Assembly (NCBI GenBank): GCA_963791045.1
Contig: CAWBQK010000015.1
Location: forward strand, 192,001 to 256,000
Length of the DNA stretch: 64,000 nt
Direction: 5' to 3'
DNA from: Candidatus Latescibacterota bacterium
Lineage (GTDB): Bacteria > Krumholzibacteriota > Krumholzibacteriia > WVZY01
The notes under the pieces were generated by a model. That model did no database searches. It was given only the letters and a program-made list of their open reading frames with translations, and was not told the origin of the DNA. This document shows positions 39,274 through 50,888 of the stretch, piece by piece (position 1 is the stretch's first letter; each line of letters starts with the position of its first letter). The position numbers and the translations under genes are program-made.

Positions 39274-39421
39274 TAACCCTTTGATATGATGCAATTTAAA
39301 TTAACGCATCGCTTGAAGTGTAAAATCCTGTTGTCAGTTTTTTGTAAGGACATTCTTACAACTTAACTTCTGACAAGCACTTGCCTTTCTACCACCCTCC
39401 CCCTCTGGCACGCGGCTTGCG
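39274..39421 (+). promoter_or_regulatory. Sigma54 promoter with IHF site and candidate activator site
   Basis: TGGCACG-CGGC-TTGC 39406-39420 (consensus); TATCAA-N4-TTA on the minus strand 39274-39286; TGTAAG-N6-CTTACA 39343-39360. Confidence 0.7.
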
Positions 39422-39526
39422 ATAAGCCACATCACCGAACGTTAAATGTCGTGGTATATCTGCCACACGGCGGATTGCCCGGGTTCCGGTGTTCCGGAAC
39501 GGTTCTTTTTTAACAAAGGTTTATAC

Positions 39527-40474
39527 GTGAAACTCACATTGGGTGACAACAACCCAAAAGTTGATAGCTCAGAGCTGAGCGCGACGTCGCGTTCCGTCAG
39601 GACCGGTCTCAATAGACAGTCGTATCTGAACTGGTCGCTGCTGGTCATCGCCTTCCTGATCATCGCGCTCGGCGTTCTTACTGTTGTTCCTCCTTTGCTG
39701 AGCGAACAGCTTGCCGCGATCTGGCCGATGCCAAAACCACAGATGGTCCTCATCGTCGTGCTTTCGCTCGCGTTGTTGACACTCACCGGTTTGGCCCACC
39801 AGCAGCGGTACATAGCGATGCTTCGACGTGAATTTGAAAAATCGCAAGCGGACGAGATCGCACAGGCGAAGAAACACACAAATCGTATGTTCGCCTTGTT
39901 GAATATGAGCCGGGTGTTGGGGTCGTGGTCCGATCTCGAAAAGGTATTCGATTCGATAACCAATATGTGCGTCGAGGCGTTCAACTGCCACACCTCATCG
40001 CTCATGTTGTTTGATAACGAAACGCAAGAACTCGTCGTAAAATCGATCGCCGGCCCGTCGGTTCCGGCGACCATGCTGGGCGCACGCTTGAAACTCGGCG
40101 AAGGAATCGCCGGTTGGGCGGCGAAAAAAGGCGAGGCGCTTCTTATGGGACGTGGCTTTGACGCCGCCGACTATCCGGGGCTCAAGTTAAAAAACGCGTC
40201 GCTCACCTCCGCGATGGTTGTCCCAATTATGCTCAGGGATGAATTGGTCGGCGTGTTGAATGTAAGTACCAAGTCGCGGAAGATCGAATACGAGAAGGAC
40301 GACATTCGGGCTCTCCGCGTCTTCGCGGAAAATGTCGGGTCGTGTATTCGTCATACCGAGCAGGCCTCATGGATGCGGCAGACGATTCGCAATCTGCAGG
40401 AAGCCGTGAAATCGAATAAAAGCAACGGACACCAGCGTGCTCCGGTTGCGTCATCGCAATCGAGCGAGATTTAG
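39527..40474 (+). CDS. Two-TM plus GAF-domain protein with no output domain
   Basis: SSLMLFD, GEGIAGW, SAMVVPI..RDELVGVLNV; start uncertain (39446 possible). Confidence 0.8.
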   Translation: MKLTLGDNNPKVDSSELSATSRSVRTGLNRQSYLNWSLLVIAFLIIALGVLTVVPPLLSEQLAAIWPMPKPQMVLIVVLSLALLTLTGLAHQQRYIAMLRREFEKSQADEIAQAKKHTNRMFALLNMSRVLGSWSDLEKVFDSITNMCVEAFNCHTSSLMLFDNETQELVVKSIAGPSVPATMLGARLKLGEGIAGWAAKKGEALLMGRGFDAADYPGLKLKNASLTSAMVVPIMLRDELVGVLNVSTKSRKIEYEKDDIRALRVFAENVGSCIRHTEQASWMRQTIRNLQEAVKSNKSNGHQRAPVASSQSSEI

Positions 40475-40602
40475 AACGTCTGATTCCGCCTGCCCACCAC
40501 AAACTGACCTTCGTTCGCGGCGGCCATAACGGACGCAACCCGCTGTTATTACTCCACTAAAGGCCTATTTGCAAACGCTAATATTCGTCGAATAATGCGC
40601 GG

Positions 40603-42102
40603 TTATAAACCGGCGTTCGCGATGCTTGTGAGGGATATCTTCGCCCATTCGAGCACACTCTCGATACCGGGAACGACACCGGTGGGCCCGATGCCCAACC
40701 AGATAACGGCAAGAAGCGCGAACAAGAGCACGATTCGAACACCCAGATCGGCATGAACGGGAACGCGCTCTTCCTGCTTCTGCATATACATCGCGACGAT
40801 GACACGAAGATAGTAGTAGAGGGACAGTGCGCTGTTGAGGACGGCGATGATGGCGAGCCCCACCATTCCCTGATCAACCGCAGCGCTGAAGAGATAGTAC
40901 TTTGCGAAGAACCCGGCGGTGGGCGGAATTCCCGCGAGCGAGAACATAAAAACAGCCATACAGAAACCGAGGAACGGGTACTGGATCCCCAGGCCCGCGT
41001 AGTCATGTTCCTCGAGGCCGCGCGTAATACCCTTCTTCTCGATGGCGCTTATCAACGCGAAGGCGCCAAGGGTCATGAAAGCATATACGAGCGAGTAGTA
41101 CATCACACTCGAAGCGGCCCGTGAACTGTCCGAGCTGAGCGCCGCGATACCGATCAAGATGTAACCCGCGTGCGCGATGCTCGAGTATGCGAGCATCCGT
41201 TTGATATTCTTCTGAACGAGCGCGACGATATTTCCGACCGTCATGGTGATTACGGCGAGAATGACAATGAGCCCGGTCCATTCCGTCTGACTCGACATGA
41301 AGCACATATAGAACAGTCTCAAGAATGCGCCGAAGGACGCCGCTTTGACCGCCGTGGCCATGAAGGATGTGATCGGTGTCGGAGCGCCCTGGTAAACGTC
41401 AGGCGTCCACATATGGAACGGAACCGCCGATACCTTGAAACCAAAGCCGGCAAGAATCAGCGCAACGGCGAGAAGGAACAACGGATTACTCGCGAGACCC
41501 CGCTCTGACACCGCCGTCGCGATTTCCGCGAAGTTCGTGCTCCCGGTGAGCCCGTAAATGAGCGACACGCCATAGAGGAAGAAACCGATGGCAAACGCGC
41601 CGATAAGAAAATATTTGAGCGCCGCTTCGTTCGAGAGAAGATCGCGGCGACGGAACGCGACGAGAACATATATCGCGATACTCATGAGCTCGATGCCCAG
41701 AAACACCGAAATCAAATCGTGGGACGACACGAGCACAATCATGCCCATCGTCGAGAAAAACACCATCGACAAGAACTCGCCTCGGTCCATCCCGAATCTC
41801 GACAGATAATTACCCGAAGTAAGAACGGTTGCTATCGCGCATATGGTTACGATCACGGTAAAGAAGAGCGCAAACTGATCGACGATCACCATCCCGGCAA
41901 ACATCGGCTCACCGCCACTGCCCCAGAGCCGGACAACGTACAAGAGCGACACCACCAGGAGCGCCACGGCGAACATGCGCTGCGCGACCCCCACTGTTTT
42001 CGAGACAGCGCCTGAGACCATAAAGACGACCCCGCCGAGAAACATAACGAGCATCGGCCCGAGCTGGTAAATAACGCTGGCATCTACTGTCGGAAACGTC
42101 AT
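40603..42102 (-). CDS. nuoN: NADH-quinone oxidoreductase subunit N
   Basis: [45 protein letters not shown]. Confidence 0.95.
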   Translation of the reverse strand: MTFPTVDASVIYQLGPMLVMFLGGVVFMVSGAVSKTVGVAQRMFAVALLVVSLLYVVRLWGSGGEPMFAGMVIVDQFALFFTVIVTICAIATVLTSGNYLSRFGMDRGEFLSMVFFSTMGMIVLVSSHDLISVFLGIELMSIAIYVLVAFRRRDLLSNEAALKYFLIGAFAIGFFLYGVSLIYGLTGSTNFAEIATAVSERGLASNPLFLLAVALILAGFGFKVSAVPFHMWTPDVYQGAPTPITSFMATAVKAASFGAFLRLFYMCFMSSQTEWTGLIVILAVITMTVGNIVALVQKNIKRMLAYSSIAHAGYILIGIAALSSDSSRAASSVMYYSLVYAFMTLGAFALISAIEKKGITRGLEEHDYAGLGIQYPFLGFCMAVFMFSLAGIPPTAGFFAKYYLFSAAVDQGMVGLAIIAVLNSALSLYYYLRVIVAMYMQKQEERVPVHADLGVRIVLLFALLAVIWLGIGPTGVVPGIESVLEWAKISLTSIANAGL

Positions 42103-43677
42103 CGTACCACCTCCCAGTCGTCCACTTCATCTTCGTCATCCACGTCGTCGGCCTCGACCACAACGAGCTCTTCGAGCGCACGTTTCGATTCCATCGCCAC
42201 GCGCTTCTCGGTCACATCGGAGATAAATTTGTTAACCGCCGGTTCCATCCGGGAGAGGAACGGTTTGGGATATACTCCCATGAAGAAAATCATAACGAGA
42301 AGGGGCACGAATACGACAATTTCCCTCAGATTAAGATCTTTGAGCGTTTCGTTCGCCGCATGTTTGATCGGGCCGAAAAACACGCGCTGGTACATCCACA
42401 GCATATAGATTGCGCCGAGCACCACACCCGTAGCCGCCAGGACCGCCCACCACGGATTGGCCTTGAAGGCGCCCAGAAGTATCAGGAACTCGCCGACAAA
42501 CCCGTTCAGCATCGGAAGACCGATCGACGACAATGTCACAATCATAAAGACGACAGCGTATACGGGCATCACTTTCGCGATACCGCCAAACTCCTCGATC
42601 ATCCTCGTGTGCCGCCGTTCGTAAATCACGCCGACGAGAAGGAAGAGCGCCCCCGTGGAGAGCCCGTGGTTGAGCATCTGGTAGACGGCGCCTTCGACTG
42701 CCTGCGTGTTGAGCGCAAACAGCCCCAGCATCACAAACCCAAGATGGGATACGGACGAGTACGCCACGAGCTTCTTGACGTCCTTCTGCACCATCGCCAC
42801 CAGGGCCCCGTAAATAATCCCAATGATCGCCAGCGTTATAATAAGAGGAATCGCCTTTATCGCCGCGTCGGGGAAAATCGGCATGGCAAATCGGATGAAT
42901 CCGTATCCACCCATTTTGAGGAGAACGCCGGCAAGGATCACGCTACCCGCCGTGGGCGCTTCGACATGCGCATCCGGAAGCCATGTATGGAACGGGAACA
43001 TCGGCACCTTAATCGCGAACGACAGCGCAAATGCGAGGAAGAGAAACCACTGCGTCCCGGGATCCAGCTGAACGCTGTAGAGTTTCGCCAGCTCAAAGGT
43101 GAGTACACCACTTTGCCCTTTGAACGTGAAGACGAGGACAAGGATCGCGACGAGCATGAGCAGCGATCCAACCATCGTAAAGATAAAGAACTTGACCGTC
43201 GCGTAGATCCGGCGCTCGCCGCCCCACATACCGATGAGGAAATACATGGGGATGAGCATCAATTCCCAGAAGATATAAAAGAGGAAAAGATCGAGCGACA
43301 CGAAAGCGCCGATCATCGCCGTCTCGAGCAGCAGCATGCAGAAGTAGAATTCTTTGACTCGCTCCGTGATCGCCGAGAACGTACTCAGCACCGAAATCGG
43401 CATGATAAAGGTGACGAGCAGCACCAGGAAAAGGCTGATCCCGTCGATCCCGACTTTGTAGGAGATCCCGAATGACGGGAGCCACGGAACGTGTTTCACG
43501 AACTGCATTTCGGCGTTGGTCTCGAAACCCCATGAGCAGTTTGAGCGAGAGGAAAAACACGACGGTCGTGAGCATCAGCGAGAACGTACGGATCGCCCCG
43601 TGCGCCGAACGCGGAAACGCGAGCAAAGCAAATGCCCCAACAATCGGAAGAAATGTCACCAGACTAATGAGATCCAA
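42099..43677 (-). CDS. nuoM: NADH-quinone oxidoreductase subunit M, frameshift near 43510
   Basis: [39 protein letters not shown]-terminus in another frame from TTG 43677. Confidence 0.93.
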
Positions 43678-43717
43678 GGTTCGATCCTTTTTTTCGCTAC
43701 GATAACCAAATCATCGA

Positions 43718-45788
43718 TCAATCAATGAGCTTGTAGATCAGCAACAACACACCGAGCAGGAAGAACAACGCATAGGTCCGGACAACGCCCGGTCTGGAAG
43801 AGCCGGATGGCCGAACCGAACAACCGGGCAAACATCCCCACACCATTGACGATTCCGTCGATGATCCAAACATCAACGACACGTGAAGAGAAACTTATCC
43901 GACACTTCGAACCCGGGTCGAACTATTGTTTTCTCGTAAGCTTCGTCGACAAAATATTTGTTATATACGAGGTTGTAGAGGCCTCCGGCTTTTTCGGTGA
44001 GCCGGCCGGGGATCCCGGATTCTTGAGATAGAGATGGCGCGCGAGCAATATTCCGACAACGCCGACGAGAACCGACATCACCATGAGAATGAATCTCGAG
44101 TTGATGCGATCCGTGCGCCGCCGGCCATCGCCATCGTCGGCGCCCGCGCCGCTTCCGCGGCGTGCCACCAGCCGCTTCCCCATGTCCGCAATGGCATCCA
44201 CGTGCCCGCATGACCATGCTGATGGCGATAGGCCCAAGCGCCGGCGCCAGATAATGGTGGAACCAATTTGCAGCCGCCAAGAATCGACGGGACACCGACA
44301 AATCCAATAAGGACCGATCCCGCGGCAAGAATTATCAGCGGCTATTGTCATTACCGAAGGCGACTCGTGCAGATGGTGCGCCGCCTCATCCGAATACCGG
44401 CGCTTGCCGAAGAACGTCAGAAACACGGCACGGAAAATATAGAACGCCGTCACGCCGGCGCCCACGAACAACATCGCCCACAACAAACCGGCGAGCCATG
44501 CCGGTCCCACATGGGCATTGAATACGTTCCAGAGAATTTCGTCTTTTGAGAAAAATGCGGCCAGGGGTGGTATCCCTGCGATGGTAATACTCGCAACCAC
44601 AAATGTTGCCATCGTCGTCTTCATGGTCTTGCCCAGCGCCCCCATCTTGAACATGTCCTGTTCGCCGCTCATCGCATGGATGACCGATCCGGCGCCGAGA
44701 AAGAGGCAGGCCTTGAAGAACGCATGTGTCATCAGATGGAAGACACCCGCCGCATAGGCGCCCACACCCACCGCGGCAAACATGTAGCCGAGCTGGCTCA
44801 CCGTCGAATACGCGAGCACTTTCTTGATGTCTTTCTGACAGATGCCCGATGGTCGCGGCAAAGATCGCCGTAACCGCTCCGACCGTGGCAACAACCATCA
44901 TGGCGACGGGGCTCTCCATATATATGTATGAAAGCCGGGCCACCATATACACACCGGCGGTGACCATGGTCGCGGCATGGATCAGGGCGCTGACCGGTGT
45001 CGGGCCCGCCATCGCGTCCGGCAGCCACACATACAACGGGATCTGAGCGGATTTGCCGGTGGCGCCGATAAAGAACAGGACGCCGATAACCGTGACCGAC
45101 GCGATGCGAAAGCCTCCGGGTGCGCGCTGACGAGTTCACGCAGTACGAGAAAATCGAGTGTCGGATGCCCGATCTTCACTGTTGCGAAAAACAGGACGAA
45201 GATGCCGATCAGAAACGCGAAATCGCCCATGCGGTTTACGATAAACGCCTTTTTCCCGGCGGCCGCGTTGGCGATATCCTTGTACCAGAATCCGATCAAG
45301 AGATACGAACAGAGCCCCACACCCTCCCAACCGACAAACATAACCGGGAGGCTCTTCGCCATCACCAGCGTGAGCATCGCAAACATGAAGAGGTTCAGGA
45401 TACGCGAAATACCGCGCAAACCCGTCGTCCTTCGTGCATGTAACCGATCGAATAAAAATGAATGACCGTTCCGACAAAAGTACACGACAAGCACCATGAC
45501 CATCGACAGCGCGTCGACCATGAACCCGAAATCGACATGGAGATCGCCCGAGATGATCCACGGGAAGAGCGTCTGCGACACGATCCGCTCTTCGGCGGGA
45601 AGCCCGCGGAAATGGAGGAAGATTCCAGCTGCAACGGCGAACGAAACGAGCGGCGCGAGACAGCCGATAAACGACACCAGACGTTCGTTGACCGTACGCT
45701 CGCTATTTGCGTTCGAAATCGCCAGCAAGCCATTTATTATGGCCCCGCAAAGCGGTGCGAAAGGTATGAGCCACAAATAGTTTTCCAT
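43718..45788 (-). CDS. nuoL: NADH-quinone oxidoreductase subunit L, multiple frameshifts
   Basis: [56 protein letters not shown] across frames. Confidence 0.92.
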
Positions 45789-45796
45789 GCCTCTTC

Positions 45797-46099
45797 CTAA
45801 TCCCGCATAAGCCGCAGGTCATCCGCCTGGACCGTTGCCCGATTCCTGAAAACCATCACAAGTATCGCCAGCCCGATCGCGGCTTCCGCCGCCGCCAGCG
45901 CCATAATAAAAAATGCGATCACGTGGCCGTCCATGCTCTGCGTGTACCGCGCAAAAGTGACAAACGAGAGGTTCACGGCGTTTAGCATCAATTCGACGGA
46001 CATAAAAATAACGATGAGGTTCCGCCGGAACAACACGCCAAACACGCCGATAAAGAAGAGCAGCGCGCTCAGAATCATATAATGATGAACAGTGACCAT
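45797..46099 (-). CDS. nuoK: NADH-quinone oxidoreductase subunit K
   Basis: RRNLI..MSVELMLNA, AAAEAAIGLA. Confidence 0.95.
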   Translation of the reverse strand: MVTVHHYMILSALLFFIGVFGVLFRRNLIVIFMSVELMLNAVNLSFVTFARYTQSMDGHVIAFFIMALAAAEAAIGLAILVMVFRNRATVQADDLRLMRD

Positions 46100-46111
46100 C
46101 GAATTGTCTTT

Positions 46112-46606
46112 CTAGATAACCTTTTTCGCGAGCAACACGACGCCAACGATCGCAACGAGGAGCAGCACCGATATAATCTCGAATGGGAACAGATACTTGC
46201 TCAGCATCAACATCCCCACCTGCTCGATATCACCAAATGTCGGCGCCACGTAGGGAACACCCTCGGGAAACAACCTCAAAACCCGCACGAACCCGAAAAA
46301 CCCGATCGCCGCGGCCGCCAAAATAAAGATCGTCTTGGCCCTCCCCACGGGCGCCTCTTTGAGCTCTTTCGGAGAGAGGTTGAGGAGCATGATGGTGAAA
46401 ATAATCAACACCATGATCGCACCGCCGTAGAGAAGAATCTGCAGAATAAACACGAACTCTGCGTGGAGCATCGCGAACAAACCGGCGAGCGCCACAAAAG
46501 AGAGCACGAGACCCAACGCTCCACCCAACGGGTTCTTGAGCGCGACCATTACGAGCGCCCCGAAAACGGCGATTGCGGCCAGTATGTAAAAAACAACAAG
46601 TTCCAT
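46112..46606 (-). CDS. nuoJ: NADH-quinone oxidoreductase subunit J
   Basis: QILLYGGAIMVL, PFEIISVLLL. Confidence 0.93.
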   Translation of the reverse strand: MELVVFYILAAIAVFGALVMVALKNPLGGALGLVLSFVALAGLFAMLHAEFVFILQILLYGGAIMVLIIFTIMLLNLSPKELKEAPVGRAKTIFILAAAAIGFFGFVRVLRLFPEGVPYVAPTFGDIEQVGMLMLSKYLFPFEIISVLLLVAIVGVVLLAKKVI

Positions 46607-46622
46607 TATTCAAATCCGGTGT

Positions 46623-47918
46623 CTAGGACCCCGATCGATCGATTAAAAGAAGGATTAATCCCGTAACAAAAATATTCGCAAACGCCAATGGAATCAGATT
46701 TTTCCACCCCAGCCGCATCAACTGGTCGTAGCGGAATCGCGGCAGCGTCCAGCGAACCCAGATAAATACCCAACAGAAGAAGAGCAGCTTGATAAGGAAT
46801 GTCGCTATCTGGGCAACGAGCGCCACCGTCGCACTTGCCCACTCGGGCAGGTTGATCGACCACAAGAAGAAGATCGCAACGGCGTGCGCGACGATCGCAA
46901 AAAACGACACAGCAGCCAGCAGTCGGCCTTCGTTGTTTCGTTTGTCGCCCTCGGGCCAAACGCCTCTCATTTTTTTGTCGAAAAAGAGCATGAGGAAAAG
47001 TCCGACGACCGACATTACCGTCCCCATAACCAGCATCGCCCTGAGAACCGTCTGCGCGTTCGCCACGAGCGAAGCGGTGGGAACATAGGGCACCTGCCAC
47101 CCACCGAAGAACAATGTGGCTATCATCGCCGAAGAGAGCGCGATGGCCACGTACTCGCCCATATAAAAGAGCGCGAAGCGAATTCCGGCGTACTCGGTAT
47201 GATAACCGGCGACGAGTTCTGATTCCCCCTCGGGAAGGTCAAACGGGTTTCGATTGGACTCGGCAAACACCGACGTAATAAAAATTATGAAAGCGAGCGG
47301 TTGGACAAAGACACCCCACTTGGGGAGGAATCCGAACAGCAATTCGCCCTGCCCCTGCACAATCTGGTTGAGCTGGACGGTTCCGAAAACCATGAAGACC
47401 CCGATGAGGCTCAAACCCAGCGGGATCTCGTAACTGATCATCTGTGCGGATGACCGCAAGGCGCCGAGGAGCGAGAACTTGTTGTTCGACGACCAACCGG
47501 CGAGAATCAAACCGTAGACTTCGAGAGACGTTATCGCGAGGATGTAGAGCATTCCGCCGTTCAAGTTGCTAACCTGCATCGGGATATCCCAACTGCCGAA
47601 GCGGAAGTTGTCCGCCCAGGGAATAACGGCGAAGGCGAATATAAGGACCGAGAACCCGACAAACGGCGCCGCGGCGAAATACCACCGGTTGGCGTGCGCT
47701 GGGATCATAATCTCTTTTACGAGCAACTTGACCACGTCCGCAATGAGCTGGATCATCCCGGCGAGGCGCACCCCACCGATCGCCGTCCGGTTGGGCCCCA
47801 CACGGTCCTGCATAAACGCCGCACCCTTACGTTCAAACCAAATCAGGATTGGTATGCACATAAGCGCGACGGCCCAGATAAATATGGCCTTACCCAAAGT
47901 TATAAGATAAAAAGCCAT
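46623..47918 (-). CDS. nuoH: NADH-quinone oxidoreductase subunit H, enlarged
   Basis: ERK..AFMQDRVGPN, QMISYE, PFDLPEGESEL..GYHTEY, RWTLPRFRYDQL. Confidence 0.95.
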   Translation of the reverse strand: MAFYLITLGKAIFIWAVALMCIPILIWFERKGAAFMQDRVGPNRTAIGGVRLAGMIQLIADVVKLLVKEIMIPAHANRWYFAAAPFVGFSVLIFAFAVIPWADNFRFGSWDIPMQVSNLNGGMLYILAITSLEVYGLILAGWSSNNKFSLLGALRSSAQMISYEIPLGLSLIGVFMVFGTVQLNQIVQGQGELLFGFLPKWGVFVQPLAFIIFITSVFAESNRNPFDLPEGESELVAGYHTEYAGIRFALFYMGEYVAIALSSAMIATLFFGGWQVPYVPTASLVANAQTVLRAMLVMGTVMSVVGLFLMLFFDKKMRGVWPEGDKRNNEGRLLAAVSFFAIVAHAVAIFFLWSINLPEWASATVALVAQIATFLIKLLFFCWVFIWVRWTLPRFRYDQLMRLGWKNLIPLAFANIFVTGLILLLIDRSGS

Positions 47919-47955
47919 CGTACCGTTGATTCTCCCAGAACAACCGCGCTACGGG

Positions 47956-49548
47956 TTACACCGCATGTGTTGTCGATTTCGCCCCGGTGGGCCCGAGGTT
48001 ATCGAGATCGACACCCGCGAACGCCGGTTCGTCCTTCCCAAGTTGCGACCTTAAGCCCGACAGCGTGTCGAGCCCGCTCTCCCCTTCAATTTTCTTTATC
48101 AGTCCGGCAATAATCTGCCAGGGGGACGTCTTGTCCCACAATCCGTCGAGCGCGGGCCCAAGGCCCTGGATGTGGCCATCAAAGTTGACGACGAGGCCGT
48201 CTTTTTCGGCAAACGTCAAACCCGGCACAAGAACATGCGCCATTCTCGTGAGATTGCTCTCGCGAGCGGCAACCATAACGATCCGCGAAAACTTTTCAAA
48301 AACCTTTTCCAGCGATTCCGGAATATCGTAATCAAACCCGACGCCGATCACCACCGCGTCATTCGGGATGTCGGTGTCGATACCGGGACCGTCGCCCGTC
48401 ACAAAATCCAGTACTTTTAGCCCAAGCATCTCGGCGCCGCGAACGTTCGGATGCCTGTCCGCTTTCCGAAGCAGCGCATCTTCGACGCCGTCGGGAACGT
48501 GACGAACTGCGTACACGAGCGCGCCCTGATAAGCGGCCGCGAGCTTTTTGCACGCGTACATTTCTTCGAGCGTGGCGGTCGCGGAGACAAAGATCGCCAG
48601 ATTCTTGCCGCCGCTCCCGGCGCCGCCAATGTTCAACGTGGCTTCGAGTTCGCTCATCGCGTTTTCCATCGACGCTTCGTACTTTTTGCCTTTTTTGTCG
48701 ACACTGCACGCCGTAACGCGGTCCGTGTTGACAAAACCGTAGTTCAACCGCCCCTCGTCACACATCCAGTAACCATTGACATCGGCGTTATGCCGAGGAC
48801 GAAGTCGTTTGACCTTGTTGTCACGGGAATCGACATCGACTTCGATCGAGCAGCCACGCGAACAAGTCGTGCAAACCGAGGGAGTCCGCTTGAGGAACCA
48901 CGTCGGTGTCGAGAAGCGGAAGTCCTTGCTGGTAAGCGCGCCAACCGGGCAAAGATCGACCGTATTCAGCGAATACGGACTGGTAACAGGGCGCCCAGGA
49001 AATATCGTCAGATACGCTCTGTGACCGCGGCCCGCGATATAGAGCTGTTCCTCTCCCGCGTAGTCACGGAGGAATCGGACACAGCGGTTGCAAAGCACGC
49101 AGCGTTCCTTGTCCAGGATCAGCGTCGGGCCGATATCCTCGGCCTTGCCCTTCTTGAACCGCTGGAATTCCTGCCGCCCGTCCTTCTGATCGTGATCCAT
49201 GTAATAGTTTTGCAGCGTGCACTCGCCGGCTTTGTCGCAAATAGGGCAGTCCAGCGGATGATTGAGGAGCAAAAACTCCTCGACGGCGGCGCGGACCCTC
49301 AAGACCTTCTCGGTCTTCGTCTGGACCTCCATGCCGTCATTCACTTTTGTATTGCACGAAATGGTGAGAAGCGGACCGCGGGGAGTAATGATCTCCACCT
49401 GGCACATCCTGCAGTTACCGTCCGGACCGAGACCCGGGTGATAACAGAAATGCGGGATATCGAAACCGTTCTCGTTGAGGACATCAATGAGCTGACGCCC
49501 CTCTTCGGTCTCGATGGTCTTGCCGTCTACTGTAATCTTGATACTCAT
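47956..49548 (-). CDS. nuoG: NADH-quinone oxidoreductase subunit G, short form
   Basis: CYH...NCRMC, HPLDCPICDKAGEC, CVLCNRC..CPVGAL, CTTCSRGC...C. Confidence 0.9.
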   Translation of the reverse strand: MSIKITVDGKTIETEEGRQLIDVLNENGFDIPHFCYHPGLGPDGNCRMCQVEIITPRGPLLTISCNTKVNDGMEVQTKTEKVLRVRAAVEEFLLLNHPLDCPICDKAGECTLQNYYMDHDQKDGRQEFQRFKKGKAEDIGPTLILDKERCVLCNRCVRFLRDYAGEEQLYIAGRGHRAYLTIFPGRPVTSPYSLNTVDLCPVGALTSKDFRFSTPTWFLKRTPSVCTTCSRGCSIEVDVDSRDNKVKRLRPRHNADVNGYWMCDEGRLNYGFVNTDRVTACSVDKKGKKYEASMENAMSELEATLNIGGAGSGGKNLAIFVSATATLEEMYACKKLAAAYQGALVYAVRHVPDGVEDALLRKADRHPNVRGAEMLGLKVLDFVTGDGPGIDTDIPNDAVVIGVGFDYDIPESLEKVFEKFSRIVMVAARESNLTRMAHVLVPGLTFAEKDGLVVNFDGHIQGLGPALDGLWDKTSPWQIIAGLIKKIEGESGLDTLSGLRSQLGKDEPAFAGVDLDNLGPTGAKSTTHAV

Positions 49549-49571
49549 TATAAAACTGGGTTCCTCGTCCG

Positions 49572-50861
49572 CTATCCGGCGGTCGTTTTCGAGGCGCCGG
49601 CCAGGGGGCACCTTTTCTCTTTAATATGCTGTTCGAATTCGTGTCTGAATTTCTCGAGATAACTTTTCGTTGGCATCGACATGGCGTCGGCAAGCACGCA
49701 CACCGTGGTTCCCATCATGTTGGGACACATCTCGAGCATCATGTCGAGATCTTCCATTTTGCCTTCACCGCGTTCGAGACGGTCCGCCATCCTCGCCATG
49801 TGATAGGTGCCTTCGCGGCACGGCGGGCACTGACCGCACGATTCGTGCGCGTAGAACCGGGTGATCACCTGGAGCGCTTTGACGATACAGTTGTCCTCGC
49901 TCAATACCATGATCGCGCCCGAACCCACCATCGATCCCGCCGCGGCGATCGATTCGTAGTCGAGGTTCACGTTTCGTGCCTCCTCGGCGGTGAGAATCGG
50001 TGACGACGACCCTCCGGGGATGACTCCCTTGAGCTTACGGCCACCCTTGACCCCACCCGACACACGTTCGATGAATTCCCACAGGTTGACGCCAAATTCT
50101 TCTTCGTAAACACCGGGGCGTTCGACCATCCCGCTGATCGAAAAGAGCATCGTTCCCGTGCTTTTTTCGGTCCCGAATGCCGCGTAGGCAGCAGGCCCTT
50201 CATTCATAATAAACGGCAGGGCGGAAAGCGTTTCGACATTGTTAACCACCGTCGGGCAGTTGAAGGCCCCAATCAATGCTGGGAACGGCGGCTTTGTTCT
50301 CGGCTGGCCCTTCTTGCCTTCGAGCGATTCGATCAGCCCTGTTTCCTCACCGCAGATATAAGCGCCCGCGCCCTGGTGGACGTAGACATCGAGATCGAAT
50401 CCCGATCCCTGAATATTCTTTCCAAGGTAGCCTTTTTCGTAAGCCTCATCGATCGCGCCCTGGACACGGGAGATCGGGAACACATATTCGCCGCGGACGT
50501 AGATATACGCCGTCTTGATCCCCACAGCCCAGCAGCAGATAATGATTCCTTCGATGAGCCGGTGCGGGTCGAGAACAAGAATCTTGCGGTCCTTGAACGT
50601 CCCGGGCTCTCCCTCATCGGCGTTGACGCAAAGATACTTTGGCTTGTCCGTATCCTTGGGCACGAAGCTCCACTTCATGCCGGCGGGAAAACCGGCGCCG
50701 CCGCGGCCTCGAAGGCCGGACTGCTTGACGGTTTCAATAACATCGGCGGGATCCGTCTTGAAGAGCTTCTCGAGCGATCCGTAACCACCGAGATCCTCAT
50801 AGACCGGGAGCTTGTACGCGTCGGGCTTGTCGAAATTTATGCTTATGATCTTTTTTGACAT
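49572..50861 (-). CDS. nuoF: NADH-quinone oxidoreductase subunit F
   Basis: GRGGAGF, NADEGEPG, AYICGEET, CGQCPPCREG. Confidence 0.96.
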   Translation of the reverse strand: MSKKIISINFDKPDAYKLPVYEDLGGYGSLEKLFKTDPADVIETVKQSGLRGRGGAGFPAGMKWSFVPKDTDKPKYLCVNADEGEPGTFKDRKILVLDPHRLIEGIIICCWAVGIKTAYIYVRGEYVFPISRVQGAIDEAYEKGYLGKNIQGSGFDLDVYVHQGAGAYICGEETGLIESLEGKKGQPRTKPPFPALIGAFNCPTVVNNVETLSALPFIMNEGPAAYAAFGTEKSTGTMLFSISGMVERPGVYEEEFGVNLWEFIERVSGGVKGGRKLKGVIPGGSSSPILTAEEARNVNLDYESIAAAGSMVGSGAIMVLSEDNCIVKALQVITRFYAHESCGQCPPCREGTYHMARMADRLERGEGKMEDLDMMLEMCPNMMGTTVCVLADAMSMPTKSYLEKFRHEFEQHIKEKRCPLAGASKTTAG

Positions 50862-50888
50862 TCTATATTCGCCGGGTTGTTCGCCGGT

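Noticed and set aside
43718-45788. Programmed frameshifting or true pseudogene in nuoL
   Set aside because: Many scattered indels with motifs preserved fit sequencing error better; cannot be settled without reads
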